DNA of 63,686 nucleotides, counting the filler, from Phoronis australis (Eukaryota; Animalia; Phoronida): assembly GCA_002633005.1 (NCBI GenBank). It is 7 parts of 7 records of this genome, joined end to end, with 100 filler letters (N's around TTAATTAATTAA, not from the genome) between each part and the next. Parts side by side here need not be neighbours in the genome. Positions count along the whole stretch, not along the records: positions 1 to 19,113 come from NMRA01001453.1; 6 more parts are not named here. One strand, written 5' to 3'. The translations under genes and the position numbers were made by a program. This document shows positions 1 through 14,600 of this stretch, in pieces (within the stretch, counting starts at the first letter, position 1; every line of letters begins with the position of its first letter). The notes under the pieces are model-generated. The model did not search any database. It was given only the letters and a program-made list of their open reading frames with translations, and was not told the DNA's origin.

Positions 1-372
1 CAATTCTTTTAATTGTTGTATTATACCACGGCATATTAATGCGTAGAAACGGCGCACAACTAGTGACTGGTTTAACGTGACAAATACACATACGCGGTCT
101 GAAAATAGTGAAATTCAGACACCTATTACCAAGCCTGCCTGAAGGGCTGACAAAGTTTTTATTGTATTAATTTCAAGGGTATGGAGTCTCCTACATGTCC
201 ATGTTATTATTTTTAGTTTTCTCGCGGGGGCAGCTTCGCTATAAGGGTACAACTTACTACTGGTTTTTCACAAGAAGGAAATGTACCTCCACGGAAAGAG
301 TTCCAGTGTTACCATGGTAACCGATATTGCAGTGTCGGTGCCGTTTTTACTCACATTCGTCATGAACCTATC

Positions 373-724
373 ATGTGATATCAAAATTGTTCAGAAGCGA
401 TTCTGTTTGAAGCAGAAACTGGAGTAGAAAATTTGGTCAAAAATGACTCATTCCACACCAAGAAATTGCCTTATTTTGCCCCCAAGAACACTTCCCTTGT
501 ATCTCCTAAACCACCAAACTTTGTGGTGTCATACTTCACCCAATTTCTATGTGATATCAAAATTGTTCAGAAACGATTCTGTTTGAAGCAGAAACTGGAG
601 TAGAAAGTTTGGTCAAAAATGACTCATTCCACACCAAGAAATTGCCTCATTTTGCCCCCAAGAACACCTCCCTTGTATCTCCTAAACCACCAAACTTTGT
701 GGTGTCATACTTCACCCAATTTCT
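373..724. repeat. Tandem duplication, 2 x ~176 bp
   Basis: atgtgatatcaaaattgttcagaa...cacccaatttct occurs at 373-548 and again from 549 with only a few substitutions. Confidence 0.85.
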
Positions 725-1660
725 CTCATCCCTAATGCGATTTATCAGACTAAACATGGATCTGAATGGCTGACCCCCCACCTTGCCGCCTGTTGGCTGT
801 ACAGTGGTCGGTGGATCCGTGGACTGATACTTAAGTACCATAATCATTACGAGGTACATGTAACTAGCGACTCTATAACTGCGATTGTTATGGATAACGT
901 GGACGGAAAGTCTAGCCCAAGTTCGCATTTGGTAACCCCACCATTGAACCAATATGTTCGAGTCGAAACTCATCGAACTTGTAGTTATCTTTTTGACAAA
1001 GTTATTGATATATATCATAGAAGCATCTGCGAAGTCATAGGTTTTTGATGAATTCCCATTTGAGAATTTTATTTTCACTGTCTAAAATTCATCACAAAAG
1101 TTGACTTCCACTGGTTACCTGGATGGCTGACCTAGCTCAACTCTGAGGCTTGGGCCTGTCTGGCGGGATTAACCCACCATTGGATTTGTCTGGGAATGTT
1201 CATTCATGACATATGGGGTCACAGTGTATGTAGAATATTTTGCATCCAATATTATACAGTTCCCTCTTGAATTGTTCTAGGTCAATATTCAGGACTATTT
1301 ATCCAAGAAAAAATGTCATCGATAGTTAAAATAGGCGGAGGGGGTCTAGAAGCTCCGGACCCCCTTTTCCTTTGATTATAGTGATATCAAATCAAGACTT
1401 TTCAAATTGTTAACTTGAACCCTCTTTTTAAAAAAATTCTTGATCCGACTCCCCCTTTTAAAAATCCTGGATCTGTCCCTGGTTTAATTCGTAAAATACG
1501 TAAGATTGTTAGTGTAATAAGCACTGCATCCCACATCCAGTATTGAGAATAAATACTTTATATTGATATTGCCCCATTAAAATTATGGTATACTGGCATG
1601 TGGAAGTGAACAAAAGCAATTATTTGGTTTGAAGAATTAAGCTTTTAGAATCATAAACTT

Positions 1661-4600
1661 TTACTCTGCGCGTGTAAGCGCAGAATACTGTTGTTCCTGG
1701 GTTTTCTTTAAATTTTGTTCTTATTCTTATTCTTCTTATTCTTCTTTTGATCAACTTCGACACTTAATAACTCCAAATTGGGTGCAGGTACGTTGTTTAA
1801 ATTCAGCATATGATTTTTGACAGTACATAAATTTTGATTCGTGATACAATCATATTCCATATTGCCCCGGATGAGGTCGTTTGGTGCAAAGGTCATATAA
1901 TTATCAAAAGGCTACTTTTTCTTCATTTTTAAAGCTATCTTTTCAAATTCGGTGCACAGGTATAAGTCCATAAGGCAATTTGAGAAGTTACTTTTCTAAG
2001 TAATCGGGTCATCCAATCAGGTTAAACAGGTCAAAGGTAATTAGGTGCAAACCAAGATTTTGAGCTAGACTCTTCAAATTTACAGGTCTGTTTGGCACAG
2101 GCAATTCAATTCGGAATCCAAAGTTTCAGGTCATTTAGTGCAATTATGGGGTCATTAGGTGCATTTTTCTTCTGAAAATTTGACATTTTCATTCACCAAA
2201 TATTCTGATGTGTCAACTGTTAGACAACTGTGATTCTCAGCATTAAACACATTTTTCATGGGCTTTGCAATAATTCTCCTCAATACGCTTATAATGCACC
2301 GGATAGGGTCAATTAGTGCAAAGGACATCTAACGTTCAAAATGTTATATCTCACGTTTTTCAAGGAATTCTATTCAATTTCAGCACACTCGGGTAAGTCA
2401 ACATGCCAGTTGAACACCCTACTTTACTACGCAATTGGCCTAACCAATCAGAAAAATAGGTCAAAGGTCATTGAGTGCAAACTAAAATTTTAAAAGTCTG
2501 ATTGGTACGTCTAATTTAATTTCAATTACGATGTTTCAGGTCATTTAGTAAAACCATGGTGTCATTAGGTGCATTTTTCTTCCAGCACACTAGGGTAAGT
2601 CAACATGCCAATTGAACATCCTACTTTAATACATGTACGCAATTGGCTTAACCAATCAGAAAAAATAGGTCAAATGTCATTGAGTGCAAACTAAAATTTT
2701 GAGTTAGGCACTTCAAATTCAAAAGTCTGATTTGTACATCTAATTCAATTTCAATTTCGAAGTTTCAAGTCATTTAGTAAAATTATGGGGTCATTAGGTG
2801 CATTTTCCTTCTGAAATTTTGACCTATTCAATCATGTTGTATTCTGAAGTGCTTAAGGTAAAACATTTGTGATTCTTAGCATTAACCACAATTTTAATCG
2901 AGGTTACAATTATTCCCTCATCCGGGCTCATAATGCACCGAAAGAGGTCAATAAGTGGAAAGGTCATCAACAGATTAACATGTAATTTTTCCTACAATTT
3001 TAAGACATTCCTTTTGAAATTGGTAAACGGGTTGCTGTCAGTAACTTCCCATAACAATTCGTTTAATACGCACGCGCAGAGTCCATTATTGTCACGCCGT
3101 GACAATAATCTTTCTAGTTACTCTGCGTGTGTAAGCGCAGAGTACTGTTGTTCCTGTTTTTTGTTCAATTTTATTCTTATTCTTCTTATTTTTCTTCCGA
3201 CCAGCTTTGAGGCTTAATAACTCCAAATTGGGTGCAGGAACGTTCTTTAAATTCAGCACATGATTTTTGACAGTAAATGAATTTAGATTCGCTATATAAT
3301 CATATTCCATAATGCACCGGAAGGGGTCGTTTGGTGCAAAGGTCATACAATTTTTAAAATGCTACTCCTTCAGTTTTAAACCTATCTTTTTCAAATTCGG
3401 TGCACAGGTATAAGACAACATGGCAATTTAAAAAAAATATTTTTCTAAGTAATCAGGTCAACCAGTCAGGTTAAATAGGTCAAAGGTTATTAGGTGCAAA
3501 CAAAAATTTTGCGCTAGATACTTCAAATTCACAGGTCTGATTGGCAGAGGTAATTCAATTCGGAATCCAAAGTTTAAGGTCATTTAGTGCAAACTTGGGG
3601 TCATTAGGTGCATTGTTCTTCTGAAAATTTGACCTTTTTAATCAGCAAGTATTCTGATGTGTCAACGGTTAGACAACTGTGATTCTCAGCATGAAACATA
3701 TTTTTCATGGGCTTTGCAATAATTCTCCTAAAGACGCTTATAATTCACCGGATAGGGTCAATTAGTGCAAAGGTCATGTAACGTTCAAAATGTTGTATCT
3801 CTTACATTTTTCAAGAAATTCTTTTCAATTTCAGCACACTGGTGTAAGTCAACATGCTAATTGAATACCCTACTTTACTTTGCAATAGGCTTAACCAATC
3901 AGAAAAATAGGTCAAAGGTCATTGGGTGCAAACTAAAATTTTGAGCTAGAGACTTCAAAATTATATATCTGTTTACTAAGTGCGATTGATTTTGAATTCG
4001 AAATTTTCAGGTCATTTGGTGCACCCATGGGGTCATTAGGTACATTTTTTTCCTCTGAAAATTTGACCAATTCATTCATCTTGTATTCTGAAGTGCTTAA
4101 AGTAAAACATCTGTGATTTTTAGCATTAACCAAACATTTAATCGAGTTAACAACTAGTCCCTCATCGGGGTTCATAATGCACCTGAAGAGGTCAATTAGT
4201 AGAAAGGTCATCAAAAAATTAATATGTAATTTCTCCCACAGTTTTAAAGATTTCCTTTTCATATTGGTGAACGGGTTGATGTCGGTAACTTTCCATAATA
4301 ATTCCAGTAATAGGCACGAGCAGAGTCCGTCATTGTCACGCCGTGACAACAATCTTTTCTAGTTCTTCTTATTCTTCTTCCGACAAAATTTGAGGCTTAA
4401 TAACTCCAAATTGGGTGCAGGTACAGTCTTTAAATTCAGCATATGACTTTTGACAGTACACAAATTTTGAATTGTTATATAATCATATTCCATAATGCAC
4501 CGGAAGAGGTCATTAAGTGCAAAGGTGTTGTAATTTTTAAAATGCTACTCCTTCTTTATTTCAAAAGCTATTCTTTTCAAATTCGTATTACACAGGTATA

Positions 4601-5110
4601 AGTCAATAAGTCAATTTAAAAATTACTTTTCTAAGTAATCGGTTCATCCAATCAGGTTGAACAGGTCAAAGGTCAATAGGTGCAAACTAAAATTTTGAGC
4701 TAGACACTTCAAATTCGCAGGTGTGATTGGCACAGGTAATTCGATTTGGAATTTCAAAGTTTCAGGTCATTTAGTGCAAACATGGGGTCATTAGGCGCAT
4801 TTTTCTTCTGAAAGTTTGACCAATTCATGTTGTATTCTTAAGTGCTTAAAGTAAAGCATTTGTGATTCTTAGCATTAATCACACTTTTAATCGAGTTTAC
4901 AATCATTCCCTCCCAGGGGCTCATAATGCACCGAAAGAGGTCAATTAGTGGAAAGGTCATCAAAATATTCACATGCAATTTTTCCTACAATTTTAAGGAA
5001 TTCTTTTGAAATTGGTAAACAGGTTGCTTTCAGTAACTTCCCATAACAATTCCTTTAATACGCATGCGCAGAGTCCATTATTGTCACGCCGTGACAATAA
5101 TCTTTCTAGT
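1661..5110 (+). mobile_element. Three head-to-tail non-autonomous Helentron/DINE-1-like (HINE) elements (1661-3118, 3119-4362, 4363-5110)
   Basis: 5' subterminal inverted repeat tactctgcg...cgcaga(g/a)ta at 1662 and 3119; (cttatt/ttc)n microsatellite; internal core repeats; 3' subTIR cagagt; 3' hairpin attattgtcacg-c-cgtgacaataat (3085-3109, 5077-5101; imperfect at ~4331-4350) followed by CTAG at 3114, 4359 and 5106. Confidence 0.8.
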
Positions 5111-5789
5111 CTTAATTGTAGTGCTCTCTCTGATGTCTTGTTCATGACGTCATGTATCCAATTGAAGATTTATATATGGCTCCCGCTATCTTTCATAAAT
5201 ATTTTAACAACACGCTACAGAACTATTTCTTTACTTTCAATGCTAGACTCGGTTCTAGCAATCATCATTATTATTACACCAGGAAAAGAGATCTATCACA
5301 AACTAACTGCTGTTCTAGACTTTTTTCCAATTCTCTACGTAAAAATTTACCTAACATCACAGTTTTCCATGTTGCTTACTTGATAAGATTTATACACATT
5401 CTCCTTAGTGTAATAACTTATTTTAGAAATCCTTGCTTAGATGAGTTTTGTCTTGCCTGCATGATTGCCTCTTCTGTGTTTGTAACACTGTGTAAGAATT
5501 TATTTAAGTCATCCAATTACGATAATATACTGATTTTGTTATTTAATGTCTTGCTATTTACATTAAATTGTTCAGGAGTGAACGTTTCATTGTCACCATG
5601 TTTACTGGGTGTCTTTTAATTGTTCATTAATGCCTTTTTGTAATTGATGGGGTTGGCCCTGTGGTCACCGTATTGTAATTTCGTTCACATGGCCTTCCCT
5701 AATTCAACATTGTATTCATATTTTGTATTATATTCGGCATGAATAAACACATTACTACTATTATAACTGCTACTGTAACTACTACTACT
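5111..5789 (+). mobile_element. 3' end of a CR1/L2-group LINE (degenerate ORF2 C-terminus, 3' UTR, (ACT)n tail)
   Basis: The 5152 ORF reads ...FHKYFNNTLQNYF...NHHYYYTRKRD...RLFSNSLRKNLPNI, typical of the CR1/L2 ORF2 tail. AATAAA at ~5742 is followed by (act)n repeats to 5789. Confidence 0.6.
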
Positions 5790-8700
5790 TTAAATTAGAT
5801 CTGAGTTGAAACCACTATGAGCGCGCGAATGAGAACACGCTTCAGGTTGCATTTGTTCTGTTAGAGGTGGCTAAAAACTGCCAAACTGGGCCACTTAGTA
5901 CCTTCATCAAAATCGATCTCGTACTATTTTTCATTCTAATATGATTCCACGTGCGTTACCAATTGAGCAGTCAAGTCAGGCAAGAAACTGCAAGCCCTTC
6001 CGAATTTTAAGGTTAGCTTTGAAGCGTTTTCTTTCGAAGGTCTGGTTTCAAGGTTGCGGGCACGGTAAGAAATATCAAGCACGAGACCGATTTCAGCAAG
6101 AGTAAAAGGCATTTAGAACGTAAGTCAACTCTAGCTTGTCTAGAGTGACGTCTTTCGTGAAAAGGGGTGAAAAGCTTAATTCGGATTTCCGGTTTCAGCC
6201 ACCAGAAAACGTGGATTTAATCGAGCCTGCATCGCAAATTTTAATAATATGCCCGGATCGCTAATCCCTGGGCAAATTTGTGGCCAATCATTCTACAACA
6301 GCGTGCGGTTTAAGTTGTAGAAATGTATGCAATATGTGTAACTACTATGTACAACTTTAGGTTGCCTCTCATGTTGGTACACCGTAATGGTCATCAAAGA
6401 AAAAACAATGTGAAATTGAAATTGGCAGCAACTGAATAAATATTTTTCTAAAAGAAATACACGAAATGAGACAATTTGAATTCGTGAAATACTGCCTTAC
6501 CACCTTGGATAACGAGAAAAAGAAATACATTTCACTGCACTCAATGTTACCACAGTAGATGTAACACTGCCCGGCTTAGAGCCGTCCGACTGAAACAGCA
6601 CAACACCATTCCCATTCCAAGTAGTTTAAACACATTGCCACGCACGTCAAGCATTTGTCTTGCTTCATCTGCACGCGCAAATATACTAGTCACTGTTGAT
6701 CGAAGTTCTCGCCAAAAGCGCGACAGTTCAAAGAGTGTTGTTTCCCCAGGAGTGCCATCATGAAGAATTGGTCCCTCATTCAACGCATAGTTTACCTCCG
6801 CGAAAGAGAAGAGTTTATTGAGGACGGGACAAATAAACAACGTGAATTAGGCCCACGAAGAAGACAAGGTGCTGTCAAGGAAAAATAAACAAGCTGTAAA
6901 CTGAACTGGGACTAATACGAACAATATTGTAACATTATCTGCTTTCCCAGTCACTCACACTCACGTGTGTCCATCGACTGTTGAAAACTTGCGATTAGCA
7001 ATTTTCTGGAAAATTAATATCTCAATTTTGTCTATTGTAAATTGAAATATGACAGTCGTTTGACAATTCTCTTGCAGTATATGTGGCACTTATCTCAAGT
7101 TATTATTTGATTCAAACTTTTTGGTCCTGTGAATTTGTAGAAGAGTCCTCAATGCCATAATGTAAAGACTTATAGTTCTGATTTATCCAATGAAATAAAA
7201 AGAACTGGATACATTTACAAGAGCATCTTGGGGTGACACCTCAATTCGTAATTTGCAATGAGAGAAACATTGTCATGACGCATGTGTTGTGAAGATCACG
7301 CTTCTGCCTGTAGCACCAAAATGTTTCAATAAATTGCTTGTATTTTTCTGTACATAGATATTAATCACATTCTTATTAGAAAAACAAAGTTTACCGTCAT
7401 ACGGTGCATGCACCAAATCACATCACTTTTATATAGAGACTAAATTTTGTCCGCATAATTTCCGTCTACACATAGTTTGCACTGAGCACCAACCTGCATA
7501 TAGTGTCACACAGTTTTAACCTGCTGATGAATTACAATTACATGAATTATTGATGGTATATACCCAGTAATTGTGAGTCATAATTACATCCTGGTTTGAA
7601 TGCAAGAGAAAGTTGACGAAAGTTATGCAAGAAAATTTATGTACTCTCTGCACAATGACGGAAATGGTGAAGACATGGATTAAAAAGCTCACCAATGGAC
7701 GAAGTGCATTAATTAAAATGCTAAAATTTTGTAAATGAGAGGTTTTTACAAGTGTATTTATTGGTGATTTTTTTTCAGTTTTCGAAGCGTGTAAAATTTA
7801 CTCTGACTTCCTTAGCCATCTTGTGGCGCATCAGAAAGAAAGAATTTAATCTTAAAAAATACCCTTTTCTCAGTTCTCGCCTCTCTAAAACACAAAATAA
7901 CTTTCCAAAGATATAACTTGACAGGATCATTTAGTAAATTACAGACTTGTTGTCCATTGGGGTGTTAACAATTTACTTCTTATGTTTCTTAAAGGTAAGT
8001 TTGTGATAAAACCCCACTGCAGCTATTGTTGGTTCACCACATTCAGACATTAAATTATAGTTAAAAAGTTTTGATTTGATAAAACAACGGTCAGTTGGAA
8101 AAGCTTTATTTGAATGAGGGCGGTTCAATTCGTTTTATGAAGGAGGCCGATGGGTCTTGTAAGTATTGTGAAAGAATGAGGACATTTCATACGAAACTTT
8201 CAAAGCATTTCATTTCAATACAATGTTCGAGTCTGCCGAAGGCATATGTACAGTATGTCCTTGACCTTAGTGAATTACCTGTTCCTTGCGACTTCGAAAT
8301 ACCGGCATCTATAATGTCGTAAATCGGTTTTGGACCATTGTTATCCAAGGAAAAATGTCCAAACAGCCGAAGGCTTTTTGGTCATGGCCAAAAGAAAGGG
8401 CCTTAGGAAGGAAGAGAGACCAGATCTGCCAAGACGTCTTCGATATCTTTACTCACGAGTCCAGATTCGCCGTCAGCGGGCACCAAAAACATCGATAAAC
8501 AAGTTTGCTGTGGAATAACGAAAATTTCGTTTGATTCACAGTACAGACATGTCAGTAGAATTTAAACATCCACTTGTAAACTCAGACTCAAAAATAATAA
8601 TATAGACACTGGTGTCATTGTAGTTGTGTTTTCGACGGATTCATTGTTTAGTATAAATACATGTAACCTCAAAAAGATAGCCAGTATGCAGCGTGTTCTG

Positions 8701-10428
8701 TTCCGACGCTGCAACTCTGTGGGTATCAGCAAAGGCAGCACTACTCTGATTTCAAAATTTTCACAGCCAGCGCAATATTTTGCTGAATGTGCTAACTTTG
8801 TATTTGAAAAACCATGTGGTCAATAGAATTTTCGAAGAAGCGTCATTAAATTGAGATCGAAACCCGAACTCGGACTGTGATCAGTTTCAGCGGAAACAAC
8901 AATCCAGGTCAGATCAATTTTTAGATGTACCGCAACACCGGACGAGACCTCTGTTCATCTGGCATCACAAACTGAATTTTCATCTTCTGCCAATGAGAGC
9001 TGACCCACAATTACGCACGTGTCGCTGTAAGACTGCATTCATTGGTCGCGAGATCCAGACAAGTTGGAACCAAGTCTCAAGGTGGCGATACCATCTCGTC
9101 TACCAGGCGACTCGAGTACAACTGTCAAACAACACGTCGTGGTAATCGACGAAATTTCACGAGTTCGCTCAAACTAGATTGACAAATTTACAAGAAAAAG
9201 TAGCAGCAGAAATTTAGCCCACTTATCAAAAGCGTTGACGAGTACCTGGGATTGCTATTAATATTTTATGTTACAGTATATCATTAACTTTTCGTCTCAA
9301 AAAGGCAACTATGACCGGCTATGAATAAGTTTAGTACACGCTGGTGTTAGCTTCTGAGGTCAATGGGTACCCTACCCGTAGGCGTACATGTAGATAATGA
9401 CTGTATCAGCGGGCGCAAGAGCAAGTGTCACCCNNNNNNNNNNNNNNNNNNNNNNNNNNNNNNNNNNNNNNNNNNNNNNNCCCCCCCCCCCCCACAGACG
9501 AAGTTTAAAAAGGCTTGAAAAAAGTTCAGTCGCATGTTGCAACATCTGTTGTCATCGTTCATCACTCACTTGTCCATTAATATTTAAAGGGTGTGTTATT
9601 TACGGAATGATAATCTTTTGGCAATTAAAAGTTACATTTAGCCCAGTTTAGGCGGCTAAAAATGATACTCGGTCTCATAACATCACTTATACTGTTAGTA
9701 TTCCACATCTGCTCGAAACTTTGTGTTTAAACTATGACACCGACGTACGTCATCATATACTTTAAAACAAGCATTGAAAGTGAAAGTATAGATTGGTTTT
9801 AAAACAACTAAAAAAAAAGATGACGCGCGGACTGGACATTCCGCAGTTTGTTATAAATGCATGAAATCCCAAAGTACTACAACAATAATATTCATGTTAT
9901 CTCCTTTTCTTGTTTTAAGGGAAAGTCGCCGTCGCAAATGTTGTTGCAGACGTCTTCATGGACCGAGCATGGTCAACATTTTAACCATGGAAACAAGTTT
10001 TAAAGTTTAAAAACTTTCATGAAACGTTAAAAACAAAAAACAGTATCGAACTCACCGTAATACTTTTAGAAGTAGTTACTAGATAAGGTTTCGTATTATA
10101 CTTACACTTATTTTTTAGTGTTCGTAGGTGTTAATGTAAAAATGCAGATGCCGTACTTGACAGACCTCATTGCCAACAGGGAAGCAATGAAGCAATTATA
10201 CTTCCCATTAAGGCCCTGTAGTACAAATGTAATCGCGAGCAGCAGAACAAGTTTCGCAACACTTCTGGTAGGTATACCGGTAGATGTTGCCGAAACAAAT
10301 TTTAATAATTACGAGCGCGAATTAGACTGTAAATTCTCTTGAAAGGAAAATGATTATGGTTGATTAAAAGAACAGGGCTCAAAATTAGTGGAGCAGCAGG
10401 CAGGTGCTTTAATCGTCCCGATCTAAGA

Positions 10429-10508
10429 TATATAAAGAGGAGCAAGATTCAAGACTTCACTTCATCCATCGAAAGTTCCAAAAGACTTCTACGGATTCAG
10501 AAGACAAA
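10429..10508 (+). promoter_or_regulatory. TATA box, Inr and non-coding exon 1 of the EF-hand gene
   Basis: TATATAAAG at 10429-10437; TCACTT initiator-like motif ~30 nt downstream (A at 10459); consensus donor AAA|GTAAGT at 10509. Confidence 0.65.
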
Positions 10509-11621
10509 GTAAGTGACTTTACTTCGTTATCATTGCTTGCTTGATTTTTAAAATCCAGGGGCTCTGTTTAGAAAATCCAGGTCGCACGATTTGGTCCGTT
10601 GTCTGTGAAAGGGACCTGTCTGAGCAGTACAGTGTATATTGCGCATGTGTAGTTAAAATTTGTAACTGGACATAAATTTAAACTATCGTAATCTCGCGGT
10701 CAATGAAAATTGCTATCGCGTGGCTTAACAATACTCTTTAATTTGATTTTTAATCTAAAAAATAACTAAAATCAACGCCAAATAGTCTATTCAAAATCAA
10801 CATCATCTTTTTGAAAAAGCCTGAACTCACTGACGAATTTGTATTTTTAATTTTTAACTGCAAGTCGTTCACCAGTATTAAAAACCAATTGCATGCTCGT
10901 AACTGTGATACCGTATAGCAGGAACTAAACGACAATGCTACTTGAACATCATCAATAATTGATGTTTAAGTTCCATTTTAAAGACCCGAAGCATTAGGCT
11001 TAGCTTTATAAATCAAATAAGAAATTGAATAATTCCGAACACTCATACAGGGCTCTTACTTAAGAACTTTTGGTACCGTATCAAAATCTTGGGATTGCGC
11101 TTAAGACTTCATCGATTGTCGAACCTGCATTCTTTCTGTCTGCAAGCAGAGGAATAAAATTTGACAAAGAAACTCCAGCTTCAGAGTAATGGCGGAATAC
11201 ATGTAGTAACAACCAGCAAAATTAAGCGTAACAACAGATGCTTATGACGTGATCACATGTCCAGAATTCCGTTTTTGCACATAATTTTCAACCGAACATT
11301 GCACAATATTAGTCATGGAGTCGCATACAAACAATCTTGGCTTTGATAATTTCACTTATTTCGCAAGTAAATTTCTCCAAGCAATATAAATTAGGATTTG
11401 CGCTAAAATGTAACTTTGAATAGAATAATTTTGTTGCCATAGCGTATGAAAATTGCGTAATGAACGTCAACTGAAAATTGAATTTTGTAATAAATGGGTT
11501 GCCTTTTACCGTAGCACTTGGAAGGCAGCTTTGTGATCAACGACCTACATATACACACAGAGGTGTAGCCGTGACACAAGTTTTCATAAATTACTTCAGA
11601 GCTTGCATTCGTTTGTTCCCG

Positions 11622-14600
11622 ATGAAGTACTTGATCGCCGCATGTCTGTTGGTTGCCCTGTGCAGGTGAGTAAATCTGTTTCAAACTTAAGGGCAAATGA
11701 AGTTTCTGTGGTATTTTTTACTAAAAATACCAATGTACCATTATCTTTAAAGTCTTTCAAGGTCAGTTAATATTCACCAGCCGTTCTTGACTACAAAATT
11801 GGCCTATGGAAGCGACGTAAGTGAAGTGGCGTCACCGTATTCCTACTTCCCGTTCAGTAACGCTAGGACCTCTCTAAAAAGCCAGACTTCGAGAGATGAC
11901 GTGAGATATTGCCGTGTATTTTAAATGAGAGCCCGTGACTTTGACTAGATTTTAGCTAGGTCCTAGCGTAGGTCCTAGCGTTACTGAACGCACGACAGGT
12001 TTTGATTTTACAGATCACTTCAAATAGAAGAAATAATCTCTCACCCACGTCTCAACATAATTATTAGTTTCATTGACTGTACTGTCTGTTATTCGTGAAA
12101 TCTAAAAAGTACGATATACTGATTTCAGAAGCGTGGTATTTGATAAACTCATTATAACTTCCCAAAATAGGCCCGTGTTTTGTCAATCCGTGCACATTCG
12201 CCGTAAAAATCCTGTAAGAGAAGCGATCAGTAAATATGTCTTCTAAGTAATATTGTAGTGCGACACAACGTGTAAACTTAAACAGCCCGATAATAATACG
12301 ATTATTTGTGTAAGCAAGAAACCCATTTGCTTACGCAGGAGGGACTATTCAAAGTTTTGGTGTCAGCATCTGTGCGTGCTGCTGTGCCTGACGTCTAAAC
12401 TGTCTTCTTTTTAGCGCCGGGGTATTGCGAAGGAATGCCATCAAGGAAGAAGCAGGAGAAATGAAAACGGAAAACACGAAAGAGCAGAAAGGGCTCAAAA
12501 AGGAAGAAGGGAATGCCTTTGAACAACTCGACACAAACAAGGATGGAAAAGTTACGGCCGATGAACTCGAGGGAATCCTTTCAAAGGCTGCTGAATCAGT
12601 GGTCAAAGAGTTCATGTCCACCTATGACACTAACAAAGACGGCAGTGTTTCAAAGACGGAGTTCAACAAAGTTCGCAAGTAAGTGGTTTACTTTCATGGT
12701 TTCGTGTTAGAATGCACAATTTCAAAATTGGTGTGCGCCAAATGAACCAATAAATCGTAACGGCCATTTGATAAAATTGCAACTGCTTTACTATACTCGC
12801 AATTATTAGCAACAAGCAGTAGAAGAGTATGAGTTGAAAACTAGAACAAGTGCAATTTAACACAACGCTTATTTCTATCAACATTAACGCCCATGGACTC
12901 TCCTCATACGTTTGGAACAACACACGCTCATGTACTGACGCTCTATTCAATACACGACCAATGGTCATTGCAACACTTAGAGAACATACATGTATATATT
13001 TGTACACGTAATTGACATTTGTTGCTGGATCTTTGATCGATAAATTGCGATATCCTCTAAGGAAAATAATCTAAAACTGTCTTGAACACGTACAAATAGG
13101 AAGGCGTGAAAACCTAGAATTTTCAAAATCTCCACCAGACACTACATGAAACGCAGATTCCACCTCGTTCTATGTGCTCGCAACCGTTCCTTTAAACATA
13201 TGGCAGCAGACCTTACGTATCAACAATGCGTTTTGTGTTATAGAAAGATGCCATGTTTGCACATTTGTTGATAATTGTATAACATCAGCTGTGGTATTCC
13301 ATGCGGTAGAGGATTTTTAAAAACAACTCGTGAATAGTAATTTTGCTGCGAATCAGGATAATTGTCAGTCGAAACTCAAAGTAGAAGAAAGCGAATACTT
13401 TATTTCAAGATTCAAAGAAGGTGTCTCAGAAGGTTACAAAAAAAATTGGCAATTCCTAACATACTCCATTTAATCTTACAGAGAATCCGAAAGCACAAAA
13501 GGCAAGGAGACCGAGGAACAAGAACTGGAATCCCAAATGAAAGAAGAAGGAATGGGAAAAGGACTGAAGGAGATGAAGGGAGAAGAGGACAAAGAGGAGG
13601 AAGAGATGGACGATGTTGAGAAAGAGGAGGAAAAGGAAGAAGTACCAAAACTGAAAATGACGGAGAAAGAAGAAGAAGCAGATGCAAAGAAACAAGAAAA
13701 AGAGTATAATAAGGAAGAAGATGGCACCTTTGACCATATCGATGCCAACGGTGATGGAAAAGTTACTCCCAATGAGTTCAAATCAATGCTTTCAGCTGCA
13801 ATCAAGAAGACGGTTAAAGAGGTCATGGACGCCTTCGATACCGACAAGAGCGGTGGAATTGACAAGAAAGAATTTGAAGCTGTTCTGGACAAAGAAGACA
13901 AGTAAGTACATAACCCATATTGAGACTACAAATACATGTACTTGTAGTTTGAGAATATCATAAAATTGCATTTGAAATCCAAATGCGTAGAATTGCTGAA
14001 CGAGCGAATACAGAAATCACGAAAACAAAAGATATATAAAATTGTATCTTCAATTAATCATATCTTCAACAATTATTAACTGACATACTAGCACTTGTTT
14101 TAATTCACACCATTTTGTATCTCAGTTATATTCGATTACTGGAAACTTTCCTCAACAAGGTAAGTTGTCAAATTATAAAGTATTTCATGTTCTACAAAAT
14201 AAATAACCTTTAAATATGACATTGTGAGTTTTATTATTTGTACTGTTGAGCTTACAATATTTTCTCGAAGGGGAGACAAAGACGAAGAGGTGGCTCTAGC
14301 AGACATTGCAACTTTTGATGACCTCGACGCTAACGATGACGGAAAAATCACAGCCGCTGAGATCGAGGCTGGTGCCAAAGACCAGGAAGATGCCGATGAT
14401 GCTGCCGCCAAACTGACAGCAAAAGAGTTCTTGGACGACTATGACGCAGACAAAGACGGAGCAGTTACCAAGGAAGAGTTTGACGCCGTCACTAAAGAGG
14501 AGGAAGAGTAAGTAGAATAGTAAAAGAACCGGTATATTAACCTTGTATAGATATAGAATTAACCCACGTGACGAACGCGGAAGAACCAAAAGCGTGACGT

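Noticed and set aside
647-4362. ORFs of 60-143 aa in the first 4.4 kb
   Set aside because: They lie in non-coding repeat elements and frames are not conserved between copies.
6547-8826. Short ORFs (6547-6840 -, 8095-8518 +) as possible downstream ANAPC4 exons or a new gene
   Set aside because: No recognisable motif or APC4 similarity and no consistent splice chain.
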